Assembly: GCF_006345805.1 (NCBI RefSeq)
Contig: NC_043012.1
Span: 14,570,001-14,634,000, forward strand
DNA: 64,000 nucleotides
DNA from: Octopus sinensis
Lineage: Eukaryota
Direction: 5' to 3'
The position numbers and the translations under genes were made by a program. Shown here piece after piece: positions 51,909 through 64,000 of the stretch. The notes under the pieces were generated by a model, which ran no database searches, was not told the origin of the DNA, and was given only the letters and a program-made list of their open reading frames with translations. Within the stretch, counting starts at the first letter, position 1. Each line of letters begins with the position of its first letter.

Positions 51909-53100
51909 TATTTATTCTTGCACAGGAGATTGATTTTCATTAAACCAAGGTTGATGAAAGCATTTCATAAACTATACAATCGTCGGCTCAATTTTCTATA
52001 ACGATCTCCTTCAGACAGCCATAGTTGATACTCAATATTTGTTTTTGTATAAGGAAGCGAGCTGGCAGAATCATTACCCTTTACCGCGCCGACAAAATGC
52101 TTAGCGGCATTTTGTCCGTCTTTACGTTCCTGAGTTCAAATTCCGCCGAGGTTAAATTTGCCTTTTATCCTTTCGATGTTGATAAAATAAGTTACCACCC
52201 CCCACCCCCTAAAATTTCAAGTCTTGTGCCTATGGTAGAAACGAATATTTGTTTAGTATTTGGTGTTTTTATGTAAATTTCACTTTTACTCAATTTAAGG
52301 TTGATAATATACTAGGGGAAAATGAGGCGGCGAGCTTGCAGAGACGTTAGCACGCCGGGCGAAATGCGTAGCCGTATTTCGTCTACCTCTGCGTTCAAAT
52401 TCTGCCGAGGTCGACTTTGCCTTTCATCCTTTCGGGGTCGATAAATTAAGTACCAGTTACGCACTGGGGTCGATATAATCGACTTCATCCGTTTGTCTGT
52501 CCTTGTTTTTCCCTTCTGTGTGTGTAGCCCCTTGTGAGTAGTAAAGAAATATATATACTAGGGGAAAATATGAGAGGGAGAGCAAAATGGCTACGCGGGT
52601 AATATATTCGATGACTTTCTCATTGGCTTGAGTTCAAATCTGCTGCAGGTTTTCTGTTGTGTTTCTGCACAAAACATTTCGTTTTACATGAGTGCGAATA
52701 ATCCAACTTTCAGAAGATTACATAAAGTTTTGTTGCAAAAATGTTTATTCATAGTATTGATGTCATTGTGACATTACCTTTGATTAGACAACATCAAGTT
52801 ATTGAGTATATTACAAATATTAAGCAATTCAAATCTTCGGAACAATCCAAAACTTAAGCTCCAGTAGTTGTGGTGGCCATAGTAACAGCAACTGAAAATA
52901 AATAAATATATAAATCAAATAAAAATTTGTTAATACTACATCTGACAACTCTATCCAAATATATATAAATGCTTATCCTTTCAGACACATTGTTTTCATT
53001 TTAAGTGGATGTAAATTTATCGTTGTGTATTTGAAATAATTTGTTCGCTCCTTTGTGTCAAAATGTTTTATGCGCGAAGAAAATAGTCTTCAAGTATCTA

Positions 53101-53667
53101 TTGGGTTATCCGGAAAGTTCGTGCTGATTTATAGTAGCTTACCTTTCAACTTATTTTAGAACATCGTTGAGTCCATAAAATAGAATTTGACTACACCTCC
53201 ATTTACAGCACAGTTTAAGCTATCTTTTCGTGGAAGAATGTTTATGTTCCTATAACCTGTGTTAATTTTGTAACCCTTTAAAATGGAAGATAAGAAAGTT
53301 CATTTTCGGCACCTGATGCTTTGGGAACCAGACAAAAATTGCTGCAGCTCGGCTGGGATGTGTTACCCCACTCTCCATATTCACCAGATATTGCTCCTTT
53401 GGATTTCCACTTATTCAGGTCTCTGCAGAATAGTTTTAATGGTAACAATTTCAATTCCTTGGATGATGTAAAAAGATGCCTTGATGAAGTCTTTGCCATG
53501 AAACCACCTCAATTCTGGGAAAGAGCGTATTTTCAAGTTAAAGGAAAGATGGAGACGCATTGTGCAACAAAATGGTTCATATTTGGTTGATTAAAAATGT
53601 AATGGCAAGTATTCATTGACGTTTTTCTTTCCTTTAAAACTCGGCACGAACTTTCCGGACAACCCAA
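53101..53667 (+). mobile_element. Internally deleted mariner with both TIRs and TA TSD
   Basis: Left TTGGGTTATCCGGAAAGTTCGTGC and right GCACGAACTTTCCGGACAACCCAA are inverted repeats; TA at 53099-53100 and 53668-53669. N-terminal MEDKKVHFRH is fused to C-terminal LGWDVLPHSPYSPDIAPLDFHLFRSL. Confidence 0.93.
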
Positions 53668-54051
53668 TAAGTATCCTTGACATTAAAATTTTCTCGCCTC
53701 TGTTGAGTACTACGACAAAACTAAACACATGGCTATAGCAGAAAGGAATAACTATGCACTGAAGTAAAAACATTATTGGTCGATGAGTGATATTATTTTA
53801 ATATTATTTCACAAGTACGGTGAGATAACTCCTGGAATGTTTCAGTTTTATTCTGACATCATTAGCTGAACATAGGCTTTAACATATTTGCCTTAGAGGT
53901 GATGAAAGAATCACCTAGTAAATGTATAATATTGTACATGTTTGTGTATATAATTGCTTACAACTGTTTGGAGAGTAATTACTGCATATAAATATATAAT
54001 ATACTTTCAGAACTCTCGTTTGAAATATGTCTGAATTATCTATTCTTGCAG

Positions 54052-54293
54052 GTATGTTTACCATCAACTCTGAAACTGGTCTGATCCAAACGCAATCACT
54101 TCTTGACCGTGAACAACAGGAACAATATATGTTCACCGTTTCTGTTATAAACATCGGTGCCCCAACCCATACAGTTAGTACCACTGTGAAGGTAATAGTT
54201 GAAGATATCAATGATAATGAGCCAATCTTTAAATCAACCGTGGGATATTACGGAACTTATACCGAAACTGATTTGTCTGGAGTTGTGAAATTG
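54052..54293 (+). CDS. Cadherin exon F (242 nt, phase 1/0); paralogous to exon B
   Basis: ttgcag| acceptor and TTG|gtgagt donor. Encodes GMFTINSETGLI...LDRE...EDINDNEPIF. Confidence 0.95.
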
Positions 54294-54602
54294 GTGAGTT
54301 ATCTTTCAACGTCGTCCTATATATAGTTGTATTCATTGTAATCTTTTATCTTTTATTTATTTTAGTCATTAGACTGCGGTCATGCTGGGGCAACACCTTT
54401 AATGGTTAAATCAAACAAATCGACCTCAGTACTTATTTTCTTTTAAACCTAGTACTGATTCTATCGGTTTCTTTTAGCCGAGCCGATAAATTTCATATGC
54501 AAATCATCGGTCTTTAAGCAGTTGTGAACAAGCATCACAAAGGCACTGCATACACAGACATTCACAGTAACATCATGTAAATATATATATATACTATATA
54601 CA

Positions 54603-56235
54603 GAAAGGAAAGAAAAAGGGAGAGAAGAAAGGGGAGAGCAAGGAAGGAGAGAAGAGAAAAGGAGAGAAGAGAAAAGGAGAGAAGAGAAAAGGAGAGAAGA
54701 AAGGGAGAGAAAAAAAGGAGAGAAAAAAGGAGAGAAGAAAGGAGAGTAAAAAAGGAAAGCAAGGAAGGGGAGAAGAAAGGGAGAGAAGACAGGGAGAGAA
54801 GAAAGGAGGGCAAAATAAAGAGAAAAAAGGAGAGCAAAATAGGAGAGAAAAAAGGGGATAAGAAAGGAAAGAAGACGGGGAGAGAAAAGGGAGAGCAAAA
54901 AAGGAGAGAAGAAAGGGAGAGAAAAAAGCAGAGCAAAGAAGGTGAGCAAAAAAGGAGAGAAGAAAGGAAAGAAAAAGTGAGAGAACAAAAGGAGAGCAAA
55001 AAGGAAAGAAGAAAAGGAGAGAAAAAAGGAGAGCAACATAGGGGAGAAAAAAAATAGAAGAAAGGAACAAAAGGAGAGCAAAAAAGGAGAGAGGGAGAGA
55101 AAAAAGGAGAGCAAAAAAGGGGGGAAAGGAGAGCAAAAAAGGAGGGAAAAGAAGGAAAGAAGACAGGGAGAGAAAAAGGACAGAAGAAAGGAGAGCAAAA
55201 ACGGAAAGAAAAGGAAGGAAGAGAAAGGAGAGAAGACAGGGAGAGAAAAAAGGAGAGCAACAAAAGGAGAGGAAACGTGAGAGAAAAAAAGAAAGGAGAG
55301 CAAGGACAGAAAAAGGAGAGAGAAAAGGCAGAGAAGAAAAGGAGAGCAAGGAAGGAGATAAAAAGGAGAGCAAGGAAGGAGAGCAGAAAAGGAAAGCAAG
55401 GAAGGGGGCAAAAAAGGAAAGAAGAGAAAAGGAGAGCAAAAAAGGATAAGAAACGAAAGAAGATAGGGAGATAAAAGGAGAGAAAAATAGAAGAGAAAAG
55501 GAGAGAAGAAAGGAGAGCAAAGAAGGTCAGCAAATAAGGAGAGAAGAAAGGAAAGAAAAAGTGAGAGCAAAAAAGGAAAGAAGAGAAAAGGAGAAAAAAG
55601 GAAAGAAGACAGGGAGAGAAAAGAGGAGAGTAACAAAAGTAGAGCAAAAAAGGGTAGAAAAAAGTAGAGCAAGTGAGAGAAAAAAGGAGGTCAAAAAAGG
55701 AAAGACAGGGAGAAAAAGGAGAGCAACAAAAGGAGAGCAACAAAAGGAGTGCAGGGAAGGAGAGCAAAAAAGGCGAGCAAGGAAGGAGAGCAGAAAAGGA
55801 AAGCAAGGAAGGAGGGCAAAAATGGAAAGAAGAGAAAAGGAGAGAAAAAAGGAGAGCAAAAAAAAGAGAGCAAAAAGGGGGAGAAAAAAGTAAAGCAAAA
55901 AAGCAGAGGAAAAGTGAGAGAGAAAAAGGAGAGCAAAAAAGGAGAGCAAGGAAGGAGAAAAAGTGAGAAAAATGGAGAGCAAGAAAGGGAGAGAAGAAAG
56001 GAAAGAAAAAGTGAGAGAACAAAAGAACAAAAAAAGAGAGCAACAAAAGGAGAGAAGGAAGGAGAGCAAAAAAGGAGAGAGGAAAGAGAGAGCGAGGAAG
56101 GTGAGCAAAAAATGAGAAGAAAGAGTGAGCGAGGAAGGAGAGCAAAAAAGGAGTGCAAAAAGGGAGAGCATAAAAGGAGAGAAGAAAGGGAGAGAGAAAA
56201 AGGAGAGCCAAGAAGGAGAGAAGAAAGGGAGAGAA
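54603..56235. repeat. 1.6-kb degenerate polypurine (GA-rich) tract
   Basis: Recurrent AAAAGGAGAG(C/A)AA-like units with very few pyrimidines on the + strand. Confidence 0.95.
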
Positions 56236-57098
56236 TGACGCTAGAATCGATTAGAGAGAGTGGGTGCTCAACACCGCATTAGCTACAAATATAGCTCGAA
56301 CATTTTTTAAACTTATAGATCTCTGCTGCCCACACTCGCATAAATATCAAGGTTTTTAATGGAAATACAGTTTAAGTTAGATATACTTGCCTCCTCGTCA
56401 TACGATCGATTATTTTCAAATACAATACGAATAATAACATTAGGAACATCCTACAACGATTTTGAATTTGTAGATTCTACGATATCAGTCCCTGGACAAT
56501 ATGTTTCAAGAAGAAGAACTGGCGTAATAGGCCAGCATCTCGGACTTGAACGGAACTATAAAACTTTACATGGAAATGACAGGAAACACCTTCAATGACA
56601 GTTATAAGCAGCACTTGCCTTCGTTCAGAGACAAAATACGTGCAACAATTTTATCCAGTATCGGCGCAGGTGTGGCTGTGTGAGAAGAGGTTTGTTTGCC
56701 AACATGGATTCAGCTATATCTTCAACTACAGCTTTGGGCCGATCAAAGTCTTGTGAATGGATTTGGTATACGAAAAACTGAAGGAATCCCGTTGTATGTG
56801 CGCGTGCGTGCGTGCGGACGGGCGTGCATCAATGAGTCAGCGTCTGTTCCCCACCACCGCTTGGCAGCCGGTGAAAGTAGAGTTCGTATAATTAACCTTC
56901 ATCATCGTTCATTCTAGTGATAAACAAAATGACGTTCGCTGAGAGGAATTTGCCTGTTCCACTGTGAAGAACTCAAACAATTATAATAGGTCTTTAGTCT
57001 AGTTCTAGAAAATTTTAACTCAGGAGAATAGTTGCATGTCTTTACAAATTACTAGAAGCAGAATGATTGAGTCGTGGCTAAAATATCAAAATGAAGGG

Positions 57099-57179
<81 letters not shown>

Positions 57180-57400
57180 TATATTATATATACATATATA
57201 TATATATATTATATATATATATATTATATATATATATAATATATATATATACATATATATACATATAATATACATATATATATACATATATATACATATA
57301 TATATATATACATATATATATTATATATATACACATATATATATACATATATATATATACATATATATATTATATATATACATATATATAATATATATAT

Positions 57401-57431
<31 letters not shown>

Positions 57432-57781
57432 CATATATATATATATACATATGCTTACTTCCCAACCACATGGTTCCGGGTTCAGTCCCCCTGCAAGGAA
57501 ACTCGGGCAAGTGTCTTCTACTATAACCTCGCCTCACCAGAGTCTTGTTTGTGTGTATGTGTGTGTCATTGTGTCTGTGTTCTCCTCATCACCACCACGG
57601 CTTCACCACCGATGCTGGTCTGTTTACATCCCTATAAATTAGCGGTTCAGCAAATGAAGGCAATAGAAAAAGTATTAGACTTTTTAAAAAAAGCACTGGG
57701 ATCGATTCAGTCGACTAAAAACTCAAGGCGGTGCCCCAGCATGGCCACTGTCGAATGACTGACACAAGTAAAAGACAAAAG

Positions 57782-57860
<79 letters not shown>

Positions 57861-59494
57861 TAAATTAGAGATAAAACCACTATTAGGCAAATCAAACAAT
57901 GAAAAACTTAAGCCAATACATAAAATAATTAATTTATATTATTTTAAATATATATCAAAAGTATTAAAAGTATTAAAAGTATTAAATTATATATATATAT
58001 ATAGGCAACGCAAAATATTATAATTCCCGGTCTTTTAACACAATCTTTAGAGGTGAAGCATATTTTGGTATTTACATCCAGAACTAAATTTCTATCGATT
58101 TGATTTAGTATTACGTAGACATTCCAAATATGTCTATAGTACTCAAGGGAATTTGGACCAAAAATTTTTAATTCTAAACTAAAGATAATAACGATCTTAT
58201 CTACAAAGTCACTAATGCATCTTCTCTCAATGTTGTCAAGTTGAAGAACTGCATGTGATACAACGTCTGCGATTAACGAGTGGTACCGAAAGGCTGAAAT
58301 CAAATTTCCTTGCTAACAACTAGATACTGTAAAAGCCGATGTTTGAATACTCTGACTGTATTGGTCTTTTGGTTTATGGGAAGATCATTTGATGCTTTCG
58401 CAGATATGCGCAGACGGGTATGTTTGTTTTGCATTCACGCATCAAAACATTTTTCTAAAAACGGAATATTACGCAGTAACAAATAATAGATATACGTATT
58501 TCTTTACTACCCACAAGGGGCTAAACACAGCGAGGACAAACAAGGACAGACAAACGGATTAAGTCGATTATATCGACTCCAGTGCGTAACTGGTATTTAT
58601 TTAATCGACCTCGAAAGGATGAAAGACAAAGTCGACCTCGGCGGAATTTGAATTCAAAACGTAGCGGCAGGCGAAATACCTATTTCTTTACTAAAATAAT
58701 CTTATCTTTACAAATAATAGATATACCACTAAGGAATGCTACATTACAAAGCACTATTTATACTAAAGATAGCTGCTGTGTATACAGAACGGAAATGACT
58801 GACAGGGGTAATGCGAATTCAAGTTCATAGATCTTTTTCATTTCTTTAATACAGCATTATTTACAAAAATAAATTAGTATCCTAAATAAAGAAATTTTAT
58901 ATCTTATCTACTTAAGGCCATAAGTAGATATCACTGTGAACCATTGCATTATATATCTCTTGTTGTTGTTTAGGTTTTTCTTATTTTGTTTGTTCTTAAC
59001 CCCGGAACTGTCTTTATCAAACAGATGAAAGGTGTTCCTACTGTAACTAACCCATCTTTCAGAAACACTATATACAGTACGTCTAGGACATCATTATCTA
59101 ATGTGTCTTTCTTTTCCTTGGTTTTATGATATGGCTTGCATAAGTATTGCCTGCTATATTTAGCAGATTGAACGACAACGTAGAAGTGGCTTCGGTGGCT
59201 CATAGATCTTTTGTTCAAACCATCACGTGTTTCAGTATATAGTTAATCGTAGACCTGTCTCAGTTGACTTAGCCACCGGTAGAAATACAATCATATCGTT
59301 TAATATGGATACCTATGCTAGACAGATAACATCACAATCAGTACAAAATTTATTTCTTACCAGCTTAATTCTTAAAATTTGGCACTAAACATCAACCTCT
59401 TAAAATGAAAAGTGAAACTCCCATAGAATTAAAAGGAAGTTTTTAGAAATCTGCGCATATTTTTATGTCATCAATTTAATTTTTATATTTTCAG

Positions 59495-59668
59495 AATCAG
59501 GAAATCATTGCAACTGATGCAGATGCTGAGGAATATAACAGAGATATTGTCTACAACTTATCGGGAGCAGGTGCTCAACTGTTCGCCCTTAACGTTCTAG
59601 AAGGTACAATCCGTGTGAAAAATCCTGTTAACATTCGCTGTGATGTTGTAGACACATATGACTTGAAG
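59495..59668 (+). CDS. Cadherin exon G (174 nt, phase 0/0); paralogous to exon C
   Basis: tttcag| acceptor and AAG|gtaggt donor. Encodes NQEIIATDAD...IVYNLSG...LFAL...GTIRV...YDLK. Confidence 0.9.
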
Positions 59669-60598
59669 GTAGGTGTGCATTACTTTGATTGGATTTGGTT
59701 TTATTATCTTCATTATTTATCGGGAGAAATTTTACTAAAGAATTTCCTTGTCAAAATTTGCAAGGTCATAAATGTTTTCTCCTCTTTTTTTGCATAAATC
59801 CAAGTCCGATAGCTAATGGAGATAAGATCGGACAATTGTAGAGCTGACAACGGCGACAGAGCCAGAAATACGTGTCAACAGTTGTTCTCATATCTCCAAA
59901 CAGTAAGCCTGGCCTTGTATGTCAGCTTTGGAGAACACATGATTGTGATTATCTCCCCTTCTCAAGTGGACCTTGTCATAATCACTATTTGGTAATTATG
60001 ATACAACCTCTTGAGGTGAAGATAACTCCAATAAGTCAAGAATTTGTTGTATATTATTTGACGTACTTGTATTTGTCTCTGTTATTTAGATACATGCCTC
60101 TGGCCATGGGGAGTAATTTCTCAATTCACTTCTGTTTACTTTATGAGATTGTTGTACACACACCTTTTGACATCTGATATCTGTCGCTATTGTTTTGAAA
60201 AGCCAGAGTCAAGTTGCCTTCCTCTCAGTTTCAGTCGCTCGCTCTTCTTCGTTTCTCTTCTACTTCTACAAATACAATTACCCCATTCAGCTAAGACTGA
60301 CAATCTATTTCCTCTCTTCCAGTTGTTTATCTGTCTTCTCATTCCATTTAATCAGTGCCGAAACGCTGTTCAAGCATTCGCATAACCAGCACCGACCCCT
60401 TTCTCTCTCTCTCTCTCTCTCCTTCTCGCTTTCACTCTCTCCCTCTCTCTCCTCTCTTTCTATCTCTTTCTCTCCTTCTCTCAATACCATCTTCATTTCG
60501 TCATCTACACACAACACGTGCACAAACATGAACATAACCAATTTTACATTGTATGATTTCAATGTCTTTCTCTCTTGCTCTCTCTCGCTCTCTACAAG

Positions 60599-60851
60599 GT
60601 TATTGCCACTGACCAAGGAGGTGCTGGCCATAAAACCGAAACCAGTCTTAGAATTGTCATCGAGGATATAAATGACAATGCTCCAATATTTAAAAAGCAG
60701 TATAAATTTAAAACTCCAATGACAGCAAAAGTAGGAACAAAAGTTGGTTCCGTTAGTGCCATCGACTCAGATTGCAGTCTTCAGAATAACCGAATTACAT
60801 ATTTGCTCAAAGATGGAGGTTTTGGCAAGTTCAAGATCGACCCAGACAAAG
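60599..60851 (+). CDS. Cadherin exon H (253 nt, phase 0/1); paralogous to exon D
   Basis: Long pyrimidine tract with tacaag| acceptor, and G|gtaatt donor. Encodes VIATDQGG...EDINDNAPIF...AIDSD...GKFKIDPDK. Confidence 0.92.
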
Positions 60852-61540
60852 GTAATTTTTATTCTATATTTCGTGTTGCTTTTGTTACAGTTAGGGAGGG
60901 TCATTCAGCCAATAGTAAACACACACACTGGTTTTATTTCTTTTCTTTCATTGTTACTAGTCAGTTGAAGGCAACGAGCTGGCAGTATCGTTAGCACGCT
61001 GGACAAAATGTTTGGCGGCATTTCATCCGTCTTTGCGTTCCGAGTTCAAATTCCAGCGAGTTTGACTTTGCCTTTCATCCTCTCGGGTTCTATGAAATAA
61101 GTACCTGTCAAATCCTGGGGCCGACTTAACCTCTCTCTCGAACTTGCTGCCTTATGCCAATAGTAGAAAAGATTATTATTTGTCAACTATAAGGCAGCGA
61201 GATGGCAGTATCGTTAGCACGCTGGACGAAATGCTTAGCGGTATTTCATCTGTCGCTACGTTCTGAGTTCAAATTCCGCCGAAGTCCATTATGCCTTTTA
61301 TCTTTTCGGGGTCGATTAATAAGTACCAGTTACGTACTGGGGTCGATTCTTTCAGTTTCCGTCTACCAAATCCACTCACAAAGCTTTGTTCGGCCCGAGG
61401 CTATAGTAGAAGGCACTTGCCCAAGGTGTCACGCAGTGGGACTGAACCCGGAACCATGTGGTTCGTAAGCAAGCTACTTACCACATAGCCACTCCTAAAT
61501 TATTATTTATTATTGATTTATCGAAATATTTGTTTTTCAG

Positions 61541-61822
61541 GTGATATAACCGTTGCTGACAATCTTGTTCGAGAACCAGTTGAAACACAGTATAATATTG
61601 TGGTACAAGCTATAGATAATGGAGCGCCAGGTCTTTCCAGTAGTACAAATATCTCTGTATTTGTTCCGATCAATCACCCACCCACTATAAAACGAAGTTT
61701 TTACTTCTATGTATTAGAAAACAACAAAGCTGGTATATTTATAGGGAACGTAGTCGCAGATGATCCTGATTTACGCAAAGTAAAAGGGGAGAAGCTAACA
61801 TTTTTCATCACAGATAAATCAG
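61541..61822 (+). CDS. Cadherin exon I (282 nt, phase 1/1); paralogous to exons A and E
   Basis: tttcag| acceptor and G|gtgaga donor. Encodes GDITVADNLVRE...AIDNGAPGLSS...PINHPP...VLEN...ADDPD. Confidence 0.94.
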
Positions 61823-61917
61823 GTGAGAATATTTATTTAAAACTGTATTTCACCATTATTTACATTCTTTATATTATTTACATTCGACACATATTTGTCC
61901 TCATCTTGTTTGTTGTT

Positions 61918-61964
61918 AGCACAACGTTTCGGCTGATATACCCTCCAGCCTTCTTCAGGTGTCT
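61918..61964 (-). ncRNA. Minimal type I hammerhead ribozyme motif
   Basis: AGACAC-CTGAAGA-A-GGCTG(GAGGGTATAT)CAGCC-GAAA-CGTT-GTGCT. Confidence 0.65.
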
Positions 61965-62010
61965 TGGGGAAATTTCGAACCTGTATTCTCATTCCTAAGG
62001 TATTTTTCGA

Positions 62011-62065
<55 letters not shown>

Positions 62066-62508
62066 TAGTTTGACTCAGGTTCAGTCTTATTCCTGATATG
62101 TTGGTAGCGGGTTACTACCTGTAACCTAAGGCACCCACAAGTTTTCAGCAGTCTTTCAACTGTTTAGAACCCTCCTGAAAATCTTTGCTGTCCCTAAGAG
62201 ACAAACTTTCTGTAGGAGCTCCTCAATCTCATTCAGCCTTTTGTCTATAGCTTTGCTTACTTTTCCCAACGCACCAATTATTATAGGCACGACCTTTACA
62301 GTTCTCAGACTCCAAATTTTTCCGATTTCAAATTTTAAGGGATTTTATTTTTTATACTTTCGTCCCCTTTCTTTACGATCCAGGATCAAACGGGTATGAT
62401 GAGTCGATTAGTAAGCAACTTCGCTTTTCCTTATCTATAATTGTTATGTCCGGTCTATTATTTTCTAACTTCTTGTCCGTTTGAGTAGGAAAGTCCCACA
62501 AAATCTTA
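62066..62508 (-). mobile_element. 5'-truncated R4/Dong-clade retrotransposon (third lineage)
   Basis: KILWDFPTQTDKKLENNRPDITIIDKEKRSCLLID...VKVVPIIIGALG...LLQKVCLLGTAKIFRRVLNS*. The 3' end abuts (AAT)n at 62013-62065. Confidence 0.87.
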
Positions 62509-63261
62509 AGCCGTCGCTACGTTCTGAGTTCAAATTCCACCGAGGCCGACTTTGCTTTCACCCTTTTGGGGTCGATAAATCAAGTACCGGTTGAAAACTG
62601 TGGTCGATGTAATCGACACATCCCCTCCCCTAGAATGATTGCCCTTGTGGAAAAATTTGAAACCATTATTATTACTATTATTATTATTATCATCATCATC
62701 ATCATCATCATCATTATTATTAAGGCAGCAAGCTGGCAGAAACGTTAGCGCGCCGGGTGAAATGCTTAGCAGTATTTCGTCTGCCGTTATGTTCTGAGTT
62801 CAAATTCCGCCGAGGTCGACTTTACCTTTCATCCTTTCGGGGTCGATAAATTAAGTACCAGTTACGCATTGGGATCATGTGATCGACTTAATCCCTTCTG
62901 TCTGTCCTTGTTTGCCCCCTCTATGTTTGTCCCCTTGTGGGCAATAAAGAAATAAGAATTGCTAGCACGCTGGTCGAAGTGCTTGGCGGTATTCCGCCCC
63001 GTCGCTACGTTCTGAGTTCAAATTCCGTCGAGGTCGACTTTGCCTTTCGTCCTTTCGGAGTCGATAAATTAAGTACCAGTTGCGCACTGGGGTCGATATA
63101 ATCGACTATCCCTCTCCTCCAAATTTCAGGCCTTATGCCTATAGTAGAAATGATTATTATTATCTGGGAAATGTTTTCGATTTGTGAAAATACACGTCAT
63201 TTTGATTACCTCCGAATTTCGGAAATAAATAAACATTGTAATAAATTGTCCTATTTTTCAG

Positions 63262-63515
63262 TTCCATTTTGGATTGATCCCAGCAAAGGAAATATTAGGA
63301 CAAGCGACATAATTGACCGAGAAACTACAGAGATGTATGAATTCAAGGTGTTTGTGAAAGATAATGGTCTTCCTGCCTACACTGCCAGTTCTAACATAAT
63401 CATTTCAGTGAAAGATATCAATGACAACCCTCCTGTGTTTCTTCATGGTCAGCAGTATCAAGGAACTGTCATGGAAGATGACCAGAACCCAATAATGGGT
63501 CAAAAAGTGGAACTG
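63262..63515 (+). CDS. Cadherin exon J (254 nt, phase 1/0); paralogous to exons B and F; gene continues beyond the window
   Basis: tttcag| acceptor and CTG|gtaagc donor. Encodes PFWIDPSKGNI...IDRE...VKDNG...KDINDNPPVF...VMED. Confidence 0.95.
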
Positions 63516-64000
63516 GTAAGCATGGTTTTTGGAAAGACAATTCCGGTTGTTTTTTTTTATTTGTTTATTTTTTTACTTATATCAGTCGGTTGACTGCAGC
63601 CCTGCTGGAGCACCGCCTTCAAATTTTTTTAGTTGAACAAATCGACCCCAGAACTTATTTTTTTAAGTCTAGAACTTATTTTATCGGTTTCTTTTGCCGA
63701 ACCGCTAAGTTACGGAAATGTAAACACACCAACACCAGTTGTCAAACGGTGGGGGGGGGGGTAAACACAGACACAAAGACACACACACACAGACATATAT
63801 ATATATATATATATACGACGGGCTTCTTTCAGTTTCCGTCTTCCAAATCCACTCACAAGGCTTTGGTCGGTCCCGAGGTTATAGTAGAAGGACAGCTGCC
63901 CAAGTGCTGAGAGAGACTGAATCCAGAACCATGTGGTTGGAAAGCAAGCTTCTTACCACAGGGCCAAGTCTGTGGCTAATCGAATATTCGTATGAAGTTT

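Noticed and set aside
54461-56282. Long ORFs of 214-549 aa (F/S/L-rich on -, K/E/R-rich on +)
   Set aside because: By-products of the stop-poor polypurine tract; open in several frames, with no domain and no splice support.

Overview
AT-rich, microsatellite- and SINE-dense animal genomic DNA. The SINE families and composition look like an octopus/cephalopod genome (my recognition, not database-checked). The only supportable host gene is ten + strand GT-AG exons (40917-63515) that splice in frame into about 812 aa of a large non-classical cadherin ectodomain: 7 complete EC repeats plus 2 partial, with the gene open at both ends. The exons follow a strict 4-exon / 3-EC-repeat module. Every third inter-repeat junction has lost its Ca2+ ligands, and the only two cysteines sit at the same junction. 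No upstream cadherin exon was recognisable in 1-40916. The rest is transposon debris: four tRNA-headed SINE families, an RTE-type LINE relic, three R4/Dong-type RLE retrotransposon 3' ends embedded in (AAT)n or (CA)n, mariner/pogo fragments and MITEs, and a Helitron Rep fragment. It also holds a TSD-flanked 5S rRNA retrocopy, several hammerhead-ribozyme-like motifs in Penelope/retrozyme-like insertions, a 640-bp inverted duplication, a 45-bp minisatellite and a 1.6-kb polypurine tract. Exon coordinates were counted by hand; repeat boundaries are approximate.
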